Assembly (NCBI GenBank): GCA_963713045.1
Contig: CAVQKE010000004.1
Location: 960,001-1,024,000, forward strand
Reading direction: 5' to 3'
Source: an uncultured delta proteobacterium
GTDB taxonomy: Bacteria > Myxococcota > Myxococcia > Myxococcales > Myxococcaceae
Length of the DNA: 64,000 nt
The notes below the pieces were generated by a model. The model made no database searches. It was not told where the DNA came from and saw only the letters and a list, made by a program, of their open reading frames with translations. How positions within the stretch are numbered: the first letter of the stretch is position 1; the number at the start of each line of letters is the position of its first letter. Of this stretch, positions 23,308 through 31,640 are shown in pieces. The position numbers and the translations under genes were made by a program.

Positions 23308-25323
23308 TCAGTTGATGGGCGTGTTGCAGCTGCTGCTGATGGAGAAGCTGTCGAGGTAGGGCTGACTCGTCTGGTCGCTGGAAACGAGGACGAATTGCAG
23401 CTGCAGGTACTTGAATTGCGGGACCGGGCCAGGCGCGGCCTGCAGGTTGGAGACGGTGGTGACGGTGTAGCCGTTGGCCCCACTGGCCGGCGCCGAGGGC
23501 CAAGGGCCGTACTGTTGCGACAGGGTGAAGTCGAAATTGTTCGAGCCGCGCACATACAGCACGACGCTGGTGTTGGGCGGCGTGGTGGTGACCCAAGTGA
23601 CGGTGTTCCACTGGGCGAAGCGCGAGCAGCCGGCCACCGTCTGGTAGAAGCTGCCCTGGTTGGTGGTGATGTGGCGCAGCTGGTACCCGGTGAAGTCGGA
23701 GTAGCTGTAAAGCGCGCCAACCTGGGGGGGACTCTTGGTGACGGCCCCCGTGTTCCGGTCCACCTTCATCACGTTGCCGCTGGAGTTGTTCACCCAGAGG
23801 TTCCCGTCCTGGTCGAGGCCAACGCCGATGCTGGTCTTGCTGTTGACGTCGGTGGCGTCGATGACGGGGGTGGGGCCGGTGGGGGTGTTGAATTGGTAGG
23901 GAGAGCCGCCATCGAGGCCGTCAATGCCGAACACCATCGCCGCCGAGCCGCTGCTGGTGCCAAATTTGCTGTCTGAGGTGAACCAAACCTTGCCGTCCAC
24001 GTCGGTGGCCACGCCGCGCGGCCGCGCCGGGCCGGTTCCGCTTTGACTGGTGAGGCCACCGAAGCTGTACTGGGTCCACGTTCCGGTGGTGGGAGCCCCG
24101 GCATCGGGTGCGAAGGAGGTTGCGAACGGGCCGCTGCCCCAGCTCGGTATCCACACGCGGTTGAGCCCGTCGACGGCAACGCCATAGCCGCCGGTCACCA
24201 GGCCACCGGGGGGCGCAATTCGCGGCAGCCCGAGGCTGGTGTTTCCCGCCAGCAGGGCGAAGGAGTTGGCGTCGATGAGGACCAAGTTGTTGCGGGTTCG
24301 GTCGACCACCCACAGCCGGTTGAGGGCGTCGACCGCCGCACCGTAGGGCTCGATGTCAGGAACGGCGATGGAGAGGCCGCCGTCGGCTTCGACAAACTGG
24401 GGCACGCCATTCAGCGGGTTGAGTCGCCACACCTTCCGGTCAATCCAGGTTCCCACCCAGACGTCGCCCGGAGCGCCTTCATAGCCGCGGGCAATGGCGA
24501 TGGACCCCTCACCGAAGGCGCCATTGGGGTTGATGGCGCCAAGTTCCTGGGTGAAGAGCACGCACTCGTCGTATTGGAGGACATTGGTGGGGTCGACCGG
24601 CACGTAGTATTCCCCGGGCCCGATGACGCCGTAGGTACCGCTGTCCGGGTTGTCGTAGCTGGTATCGATGACGCCGTTGCCGTTGCGGTCGACACAGTCG
24701 TAAGTGTTTCCCGCAATCTTCGTCGCCGAGAAGTATTGGTTGGCGTTGGCTGCGAAGTTCGCCACCCAGAAGTCGCTGTTGATGTCGATGGCGGTGCGGC
24801 TGGGGTTGTAGACCTGCGCCGAGCTGGAGTGGTTGGGGTTGCCCAAGCCATCGATGGGAATGACGCTGATGTAGCGGGCCAACTCAATAATCCCGCCGTC
24901 GGGGAGCGAATTCTTGGTGTCGAACTTGGACACCGTCCCCCGCGTCCAGTTGGCAATCAGTGCAAAGTTGAGCTGGATGTCGGTGCTGCTCAGCGTGACT
25001 TGACCATTCGGATTCACCGTGACGCCGTTGCCGTAGCTTCCGGTCTGACCGCCGTCGAGGCTAAAGCCCATGCCACCGTCCCCGCCGTCGGGGTTGCCGA
25101 AGGTGATGAGCACCACCCCTCCGTCGCTGCTCGGCGGCGGGCAGTAGTAGTAGGCGCAGGGGTCCGTACCCGAGTCTGGAGGACCCGCGTCGCCCGCATC
25201 CGGCGGCGTTCCGCCGCCGTCGGTGAGCGGCGAGACGTTGCCGTTGCAGGTGCACCCCGCAACTGCACCGAAAACCAGAAGCAGGACAGGAATTGCCCCG
25301 CGCATCATCTGCCTCTCCACCAT
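23308..25323 (-). CDS. Large exported lipoprotein: Vgb/NHL-like beta-propeller plus C-terminal beta-sandwich
   Basis: AVAGC lipobox; blades PSRTAID..DFWVAN, PYGAAVDALNRLWV, YGVAVDGLNRVW, PRGVATDVDGKVW, IGVGLDQDGNLWV; Ca-loop-like DRNGNGVID; YSYSDFTG. Confidence 0.75.
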   Translation of the reverse strand: MVERQMMRGAIPVLLLVFGAVAGCTCNGNVSPLTDGGGTPPDAGDAGPPDSGTDPCAYYYCPPPSSDGGVVLITFGNPDGGDGGMGFSLDGGQTGSYGNGVTVNPNGQVTLSSTDIQLNFALIANWTRGTVSKFDTKNSLPDGGIIELARYISVIPIDGLGNPNHSSSAQVYNPSRTAIDINSDFWVANFAANANQYFSATKIAGNTYDCVDRNGNGVIDTSYDNPDSGTYGVIGPGEYYVPVDPTNVLQYDECVLFTQELGAINPNGAFGEGSIAIARGYEGAPGDVWVGTWIDRKVWRLNPLNGVPQFVEADGGLSIAVPDIEPYGAAVDALNRLWVVDRTRNNLVLIDANSFALLAGNTSLGLPRIAPPGGLVTGGYGVAVDGLNRVWIPSWGSGPFATSFAPDAGAPTTGTWTQYSFGGLTSQSGTGPARPRGVATDVDGKVWFTSDSKFGTSSGSAAMVFGIDGLDGGSPYQFNTPTGPTPVIDATDVNSKTSIGVGLDQDGNLWVNNSSGNVMKVDRNTGAVTKSPPQVGALYSYSDFTGYQLRHITTNQGSFYQTVAGCSRFAQWNTVTWVTTTPPNTSVVLYVRGSNNFDFTLSQQYGPWPSAPASGANGYTVTTVSNLQAAPGPVPQFKYLQLQFVLVSSDQTSQPYLDSFSISSSCNTPIN

Positions 25324-25977
25324 CTAGGAATCATCGGTGCAGGTGCCGGTTGGGTCAACAGAGGTGTCGCGCGCACCCGTGAGCTCCCACACTGCCTCCA
25401 ACACTTCAGTGACTCCCAGTTTTTCCGTTGCCGAGAAACCGAGCACCCGGTCGACGTCCACCTGCAGCAGCTGAGCGATGGACTGCAGTCGGGGGCGCCG
25501 TTGCGCCTTCGCCACGCGGTCAAGTTTGGTGGCCACCACCAACGTCGGCCGCCCTGCCGCTTGTAGGTAGCCAAGGGTGCGCACATCGTCCGGGGTGGGT
25601 CCGACCTCCGCATCCACCAGGGCCACCACGCCCCGCAGCTGCGCCCGGCCCTCGAGGTAGGTGCTGACCATTTTTTCCCAGGTGGCTCGCTGCGCCTTCT
25701 GCACCTTGGCGAAGCCATACCCCGGCAAGTCCGCAAAGCGCACCGCGCGTCGCGTGTCACCTCGGACCAGCTCAACATCGAAGAAGTTGAGGGTCCGGGT
25801 GCGGCCCGGGGTGTTGGAGACACGGACCAGCTTCCGCCGGGCCGCCAGGGCATTCACCATCGAGGACTTACCGACGTTGCTGCGTCCGACGAAGGCAATT
25901 TCCGGCGTCCCACCGGACGGGTAGCCCTCCGGGCCGACGGCGGTGGTGACAAAACACGCCTCAACCGCCCGTATCAC
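25324..25977 (-). CDS. engB: Ribosome biogenesis GTPase YihA/EngB
   Basis: GRSNVGKSS, PGRT, DLPGYG, TKLD; GTG start overlaps the upstream TGA. Confidence 0.95.
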   Translation of the reverse strand: MIRAVEACFVTTAVGPEGYPSGGTPEIAFVGRSNVGKSSMVNALAARRKLVRVSNTPGRTRTLNFFDVELVRGDTRRAVRFADLPGYGFAKVQKAQRATWEKMVSTYLEGRAQLRGVVALVDAEVGPTPDDVRTLGYLQAAGRPTLVVATKLDRVAKAQRRPRLQSIAQLLQVDVDRVLGFSATEKLGVTEVLEAVWELTGARDTSVDPTGTCTDDS

Positions 25978-26462
25978 GGCCGCGCCGGTAGGCCCGACGT
26001 GGTGTGGCGGGCGCGCGATGCGCTCCAATGGTCCATCGCCTTCAGCTTGCTCGGGAAGTCAAAGGGCAACAGCGAGGGCGAGCTTGGGTCATGGCAGCTG
26101 CGGCAGGAGCGCTCGCCCGGGTCCAACAAGCCGACCAGCCGCGCCAGCTCCGAGTCCTTCATGACGTAGGACGGGGCGTAATATTGGCCCGCGCCGTGGC
26201 ATGTCTCGCAGCTGACGCCGCCCACGCTTTGCTCGCTGACGTTGGGCGCATGGCAGGCGGTGCAGCGTGGGTCTCGCTGTTGCTCGCGCGTCAGCGACTC
26301 CGTGCTGCGGGCATGCTTGGACGTGCTCCACGCGGCGTAGGCGTCCGGGTGACAGGCCTTACAACTCTCCGGGCCCAGAAATTCAGCCCCCAGGGCCACC
26401 GCGGAACAAAGCGCGGCCCCGCCCACCGCAGCCATCCAGACGCGTCGAAGCGGGCCTCGCAT
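25974..26462 (-). CDS. Small tetraheme c-type cytochrome (c554/c552-like)
   Basis: Signal peptide and four CxxCH motifs: CKACH, CTACH, CETCH, CRSCH. Confidence 0.88.
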   Translation of the reverse strand: MRGPLRRVWMAAVGGAALCSAVALGAEFLGPESCKACHPDAYAAWSTSKHARSTESLTREQQRDPRCTACHAPNVSEQSVGGVSCETCHGAGQYYAPSYVMKDSELARLVGLLDPGERSCRSCHDPSSPSLLPFDFPSKLKAMDHWSASRARHTTSGLPARP

Positions 26463-26568
26463 GCTTGTCAGGGGGCGTACCAGACGCTCGCGCGCACCGG
26501 CAACCCCCGTGTGGGCGGACGCGGCAGCTTGAGGCACCTGGCCTCGGGTCGACTAGACTGCCTGGGAA

Positions 26569-27054
26569 TTGTCCGCGCGCGCCTCCTTCGTCGTCCTCCT
26601 CACCCTCTTACTGCCAGCACTGGCCGAGGCCCGCGCCTGGAATGGGGTGGAGCCTGGGGTCACCTCAAAGGACGAGGTGGTGAAGCGCTTCGGGCCCCCT
26701 TCCAAGACCCTCAACGTCGATGGGCACCAGGTGCTGGCCTACAACGGGACGTCAGCCATCAAAGGCACGGCGGAGGCGCAATTCCGCGTCGACCCGGCCA
26801 CCGGGCTGGTCGAGCGCATCGACGTCTTCCCCGGGCCGGTGGTGGACCGGGAGACGGTGGAAAGCAGCTATGGGCCGCCCTGCCCGGTCAGCGGAGCGCC
26901 CCCGTCAGGTAACTGCTTTCAGAAGAAGCTGACCGAGGACTTTCGTACCTACTACTTCTACCCACGCCTCGGGCTGGCGGTATTCTTCGAGGAGGAGGGG
27001 GATAAGGTGAAGTCCTTCGTCTTCCAGTCCGTAAAGTCCACCCGCACCCCTTGA
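26569..27054 (+). CDS. Exported hypothetical protein
   Basis: Signal peptide ending AEA; GVTSKDEVVKRFGPP (BamE/SmpA-like start); overlaps the coaE start. Confidence 0.7.
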   Translation: MSARASFVVLLTLLLPALAEARAWNGVEPGVTSKDEVVKRFGPPSKTLNVDGHQVLAYNGTSAIKGTAEAQFRVDPATGLVERIDVFPGPVVDRETVESSYGPPCPVSGAPPSGNCFQKKLTEDFRTYYFYPRLGLAVFFEEEGDKVKSFVFQSVKSTRTP

Positions 27055-27671
27055 CGCTGCTCGGGAGGCGCGCCGTGCGCCTGGTTGGCCTCACCGGTGG
27101 CATTGCCTCGGGGAAGAGCACCGTCAGCGAGATGTTCCGCAGTCTGGGGGCAACCCTCATCGACGCCGACCTCTTGGCGCGCGACCTGGTGCGCCCCGGC
27201 CAGCCAGCGCTGGAGGAAGTGGCGCGGAGATTCCCCGGCACCGTCAACCCCGCCGGCGAGCTCGACCGCGCGGCGCTGGCGGCGCTGATTTTCTCGGACC
27301 CGGCGGAGCGGGCCGCCCTCAACGCCATCCTCCATCCCCGCATTCAAGAGGAGGTCCAGCGGCGCACGAAGCGCCTGGAGCAAGCTGGGGTGAGGACCGT
27401 CCTCTACGACGCCGCGCTGCTCATCGAAAATGGACTCCACCACCAGATGGACGGCGTCGTCTTGGTTTGGGTCCCGAAGGACGTCCAGCTGGCCCGGTTG
27501 ATGGCACGCGACGGCCTGAGTGCGGCGGAGGCAGAGCGCCGCATCCGCGCCCAGGCTCCCCTTGAGGAGAAGCGGGCCGTGGCCACCTGGATGGTGGACA
27601 ACACCGGCAGCCCTGAAAGCGCGCGGCAGCAGGTGATTGCGATTTGGAGGGCGCTCGGGGGCGGAGGTTAG
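27051..27671 (+). CDS. coaE: Dephospho-CoA kinase
   Basis: VGLTGGIASGKSTV, IDADLLAR, LNAILHPRI, RLMARDG. Confidence 0.95.
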   Translation: MTLLGRRAVRLVGLTGGIASGKSTVSEMFRSLGATLIDADLLARDLVRPGQPALEEVARRFPGTVNPAGELDRAALAALIFSDPAERAALNAILHPRIQEEVQRRTKRLEQAGVRTVLYDAALLIENGLHHQMDGVVLVWVPKDVQLARLMARDGLSAAEAERRIRAQAPLEEKRAVATWMVDNTGSPESARQQVIAIWRALGGGG

Positions 27672-27684
27672 ACTGGAGTGCCCG

Positions 27685-28803
27685 ATGCCAGAGACTCGAG
27701 AACCCGGCACCTACCTCGTCACTGGCTACCCAGGCTTCATCGGGAAGCGGCTGGTGGAGCACATCGCCCGGAATGATGCCAAAGGACACCTCTTCCTGTT
27801 GGCGCAGCCGAAATTCCTGGAAGAGGCGCGAAGTCGCGCCAAGCGGCTGAAGGGCGCCTCGGCCGAGGTGCTATCCGGCGATGTCACCGACTTGCACCTC
27901 GGCCTGAGCGGCGAGGAAGTGGCGCGGGTCACTGAAAGGGTGACGGATGTGTTCCACCTGGCCGCGGCCAGACATTTCACCGTCTCTCGCGACACCGCCA
28001 CCCGGGTCAACGTGGATGGAACGCGAAACGTCCTGGAGCTGGCGCGGGAATGCACCCGTCTGCGGCGCTTCAACCACTTCTCCACCTGCCACGTGGCCGG
28101 TGACCGGGTGGGAATCATCGCCGAGGACGAGCTCGACCGCGGCCAGTCGTTTCGCAATTCCTATGAGGAAACCAAGTTTCAGGGCGAGCAGCTGGTGGCG
28201 CGGGCGGCGTCCACCCTGCCAGTCACCATCTTCCGGCCATCGACAGTCATCGGCGACTCCACCACCGGCGAAGTGGACCGTTTCGAGGGGCCCTACGCCT
28301 TGGCCATTCTCCTGGTGATGAGTCCCTTGGTGGTGCCGCTTCCCCTCCCCGGAGGCGGGGCCGCTCCCCTCAACGTGGTCCCGGTGGACTTCGTGGTGCA
28401 GGCCGCCTGGACCATCTCCCGGGACCCACGCGGCGTGGGAGGCACTTTCCACCTCGTCGACCCAAGCCCGATGAGCACTGCCCGCGTCTATGAAATTATC
28501 GCCGAGCGCTCCCAGAAGCGGGTGCCCCGCTTCAACTTCCCGGCGCTGGCAGCCGACGTCTTTTTGCGCCTGCCCTTTCTGGACAAGCTGGCTCGCCCCC
28601 AACGCGCCGCCCTCAGCTATGTCAGCCAAATGGCCTTCTTCACCAGCCACGCCACCCAGGAACTGCTGGAAGCGACCGGCGTGCGCTGTCCCCCGCTGAC
28701 CAGCTACCTTGACCGGCTGATGGCCTATGTCCGCGACGTCTACCAGCGACGCGCAGAGGCTCGCGACGAAGTGGAAGACCCGCTGGATGAGGCACGAAAT
28801 TAA
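27685..28803 (+). CDS. Extended SDR oxidoreductase (male-sterility/thioester-reductase-like)
   Basis: VTGYPGFIG, FHLAA, NVDGT, YEETK (YxxxK), RPSTVIGDS, NVVPVDFV. Confidence 0.85.
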   Translation: MPETREPGTYLVTGYPGFIGKRLVEHIARNDAKGHLFLLAQPKFLEEARSRAKRLKGASAEVLSGDVTDLHLGLSGEEVARVTERVTDVFHLAAARHFTVSRDTATRVNVDGTRNVLELARECTRLRRFNHFSTCHVAGDRVGIIAEDELDRGQSFRNSYEETKFQGEQLVARAASTLPVTIFRPSTVIGDSTTGEVDRFEGPYALAILLVMSPLVVPLPLPGGGAAPLNVVPVDFVVQAAWTISRDPRGVGGTFHLVDPSPMSTARVYEIIAERSQKRVPRFNFPALAADVFLRLPFLDKLARPQRAALSYVSQMAFFTSHATQELLEATGVRCPPLTSYLDRLMAYVRDVYQRRAEARDEVEDPLDEARN

Positions 28804-28823
28804 GCTCTAGGAGAGGACCGCTG

Positions 28824-29231
28824 ATGCCGAGCTACACGGTGGGAGAGACGTTTGAGCTGGTGCGGGACGTCGACCGCTACCGGCCCATCTACTACGCCGG
28901 CGCCTCTGGCGACTTTAACCCGATTCACATTGACGCCGAGGTTGGCCGGTTGGCGGGGCTGGGCGGCAACATTCTGCAGGGCATGTGCACGCTGGCTTGG
29001 GCAGTGGACTGCTTCGCGCGCTACCTGGGTGACCCGGGCGCCGTCACCCGGGTGCACGCCCGCTTCAGCCGCCCGGTGGCGCTGGAGGACACCCTCACCT
29101 TTCGCGGGGTGGTGACGGCGGTCAACGCCGAGCAGGTGCAGGCCTCGTTGCGCGCGGAAAACCAGCGGGGGGAAGAAGTGCTGAAAGACGTCACGGTGGA
29201 GGGCCGGTCGCGCACCCGAGGAGCGCGCTGA
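28824..29231 (+). CDS. MaoC-family (R)-hydratase/dehydratase, catalytic subunit (HadB-like)
   Basis: Hydratase-2 motif YAGASGDFNPIH; AGGAG RBS. Confidence 0.88.
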   Translation: MPSYTVGETFELVRDVDRYRPIYYAGASGDFNPIHIDAEVGRLAGLGGNILQGMCTLAWAVDCFARYLGDPGAVTRVHARFSRPVALEDTLTFRGVVTAVNAEQVQASLRAENQRGEEVLKDVTVEGRSRTRGAR

Positions 29232-29707
29232 TGGCCGTCGACGCTTCTTTCGTGGGCCGTCGCTGGGGGCCCTACCGCTACACGGTGGGCATCGAAAAGA
29301 TGCGCGAGTACGTGACGGCCATCTCCGGCGGTGCCCCCATCCTCGGGCTGTCCGGTGTTCCACCGGACGTCCACCCCGTCCTCCATGACGAAGCTGCGGC
29401 AGCGGCGGGCCCCTACCAAGGCGTCATCGCCTTCCCGACGTTTGCCGTCGCCTTCGCCATGGCCCCCTTTGGCGCGGCGATGCTCGACCCCACCCTGGGG
29501 GTGGACTTGCTTCGGCTGGTGCATGCCGGCCAGGACTTCGAATTTCTCGAAGTCCTTCGGCCTGGTGACGTCCTCACCACCCACGGCGAATTGGTGGAAG
29601 TCTCGATGCGCGGCCGTCACCAGGTGCTGGTGGTGCGCACCGAGTCCGTCAACCAGCACGGCCGGCCGGCAGTGCGCGGCGTCTTCACCGGCCTTATCCG
29701 CGGCTAA
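29231..29707 (+). CDS. MaoC-N/FAS1-like hot-dog protein (HadA-like partner)
   Basis: AFPTF and LVHAGQDFEFLEVLRPGDVL; lacks the catalytic motif; coupled to the previous gene (TGATG). Confidence 0.8.
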   Translation: MAVDASFVGRRWGPYRYTVGIEKMREYVTAISGGAPILGLSGVPPDVHPVLHDEAAAAAGPYQGVIAFPTFAVAFAMAPFGAAMLDPTLGVDLLRLVHAGQDFEFLEVLRPGDVLTTHGELVEVSMRGRHQVLVVRTESVNQHGRPAVRGVFTGLIRG

Positions 29708-30209
29708 CGCCTTTGGTCGCGGCCGTCTCGGCCAAGGCCAATTCGAAGTACTGGGTGCCCGAAAGCGCCTTGGGCCCGTAGGGGGAAATCGGGCGAAAGC
29801 CGAGGGCCCGGTACAGCGCCTGCGCCTCCGTCATGCCCGACAGCGTGTCCAGCCGGACGGCCTGAAAGGCCGCGGCCCGCGCCGCACGCAGCGCGGCCTC
29901 CACCAGCGCCCGGCCAACGCCGTACCCCCGGGCGGAAGGAAGCACAAAGAGGCGCTTCAACTCGGCCACCCCGCTGGCCAGCGGGCGCAGCGCAACGGAG
30001 CCCACCACCGCGTCGGCCGCCAGGGCCAACCAAACGCCGCCCGGCGGCGGATAGGCCGCCGGCAAATCCGCCAACTCCTCGGCGAAGCCTTGGAAGGACA
30101 AGTCCACCCCCAGCCCGGCGCTGTAGGCGTGAAGGTGGGCCCGGGCCGCCGCCCAGTCGGCTGGGTCCTGCGCCAGCTGGCGCACTTGGAAGAGGGGGGT
30201 GGCTGTCAC
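29694..30209 (-). CDS. GNAT-family N-acetyltransferase
   Basis: LSFQGFAEELADLP, AELKRLFV..ARGYGVGRAL, RLDTL..M..AQALY..LGF; start approximate. Confidence 0.88.
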   Translation of the reverse strand: MTATPLFQVRQLAQDPADWAAARAHLHAYSAGLGVDLSFQGFAEELADLPAAYPPPGGVWLALAADAVVGSVALRPLASGVAELKRLFVLPSARGYGVGRALVEAALRAARAAAFQAVRLDTLSGMTEAQALYRALGFRPISPYGPKALSGTQYFELALAETAATKGVSRG

Positions 30210-30311
30210 CAGAAGCCCCAAAGCCCACCAAAGCAGCGGGCCCGGCGCAAAGCACAGCGGCTGCCCCGTTGGCACCGGTACAGCGGTGCTGGGGCGGCCC
30301 TGGGGGCGGCC

Positions 30312-31640
30312 CTAGCGGACGATGACGCGCTGGTCGAGAAGTTGGACGAGGATGCGCGCGGTGTCCAAGCGCGACATGCCGGAGACGCTGAACAAGTCGT
30401 CGAAGGACATGGTGCCGTCAATTTGGGCCAGGATGAAGCCTGCCCGGTGGTCGAGGTTGAGCCAGATGACTTCATCCTCGCGCAGCCTCACCCGGGGGAT
30501 GGTGGCCAGCTTTCCCAACTTAGACTCGTACAGCGCCTGCAGCGTTTGCTCGCTGTCGGCCAAGGCCCGTGCCACCTCCGGGGCTTCCGGGTCCAGCGCC
30601 TGGGCCTGCTGGAGAAGCTCCCGCGCGCCGCTGTGGTCATCCAGCCCCTGCAGCTCCAGCGCACGATGCAGCAGGAGCCGCGCCTCGTACCGCGGGTCGG
30701 ACGGCATTTTCGCCGGCAGGGGGGTCCCACCGGCGCTCGCCGGAAGCGCAGTGACCAGGTTGAGCGCGTCCCCTTCTGTCGCCTCCGAGGGCGGCACCGT
30801 CGTCGGCCGGGACCGTCCCACCTCCCAGGCGTCCTTCGGTGGCGCGGCAGGAGTCGAGACACCGTCCGTCCACCAGTCATCGGACCCAACCGTCGCCGGA
30901 GGCTCGAAGGCGGGCGCCGGGCTGGGCCGGGCCAGCGGCTCGGGAAGGGGAACCGCTGCGCCCATGGGCAAGGTGGAAGGCGCCGGCGTCCGGTAGACGG
31001 GCGCCGCGGGTGATGCCGAAGGAAGCGGCGTCCCGCGCCCAAGCGGCGCGGGGGTTGCCAAAGGCGCGACCGAAGGCACCGGCGTGCCTCGGCCCACCGG
31101 GGCGGGCGGGAAACTGGGGGCGGGGGTGCGACTGGCCGCCGGCGAGGGCGCAGGCAGCGGTGTCCGGCGCGCTGGCGCTGGCGTTCCTCGCCCGGCTGCG
31201 GCCGGCGGCGAAGGCGGCGGCGTCCCCCGCTGCCACCCCGCGGGCGGCGCCGCCGGGGCCGGCGTTGGGCCGCGGGCGGGTGTTGGAGTCGTTTTCTGCA
31301 GCACCGGCGCCGGCGCGGCGGCACCTCCGGTAGGGAGCGGCGGTGTCGGGGCCAGTGGAATGAAGGGGTCGGTGGGCCCCTCGGGCCTCTCCGTCGCCGG
31401 GTCCGGGAAAAGCCGCGGCAGCGGCATTGAAAAAAGGTTGGTGGTGGAGTCGGGGACGCTCTGCAATTCCTCGGGAAGGGCGTCGACGACAGGCGCCGTC
31501 CCCAGCAGCTCCCGGGCGCGGTCACAGCCCGGGTCGAGCCGCAGGGCTTGCTCGAAGAGGCGGCGAGCCCCTTCGAGGTCGCCGCTCATCCGCAACCACA
31601 GACCCGCTTCAACGAGCTGGATGGCCCGTCCGCCGCTCAC
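30312..31640 (-). CDS. Myxobacterial TPR / Pro-rich linker / C-terminal winged-helix-like protein
   Basis: N-terminal TPR (GDLEGARRLFEQALRLDP), long PA-rich linker, second TPR, C-terminal LDHRAGFILAQIDG...SGMSRLDTARILVQL. Confidence 0.7.
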   Translation of the reverse strand: MSGGRAIQLVEAGLWLRMSGDLEGARRLFEQALRLDPGCDRARELLGTAPVVDALPEELQSVPDSTTNLFSMPLPRLFPDPATERPEGPTDPFIPLAPTPPLPTGGAAAPAPVLQKTTPTPARGPTPAPAAPPAGWQRGTPPPSPPAAAGRGTPAPARRTPLPAPSPAASRTPAPSFPPAPVGRGTPVPSVAPLATPAPLGRGTPLPSASPAAPVYRTPAPSTLPMGAAVPLPEPLARPSPAPAFEPPATVGSDDWWTDGVSTPAAPPKDAWEVGRSRPTTVPPSEATEGDALNLVTALPASAGGTPLPAKMPSDPRYEARLLLHRALELQGLDDHSGARELLQQAQALDPEAPEVARALADSEQTLQALYESKLGKLATIPRVRLREDEVIWLNLDHRAGFILAQIDGTMSFDDLFSVSGMSRLDTARILVQLLDQRVIVR

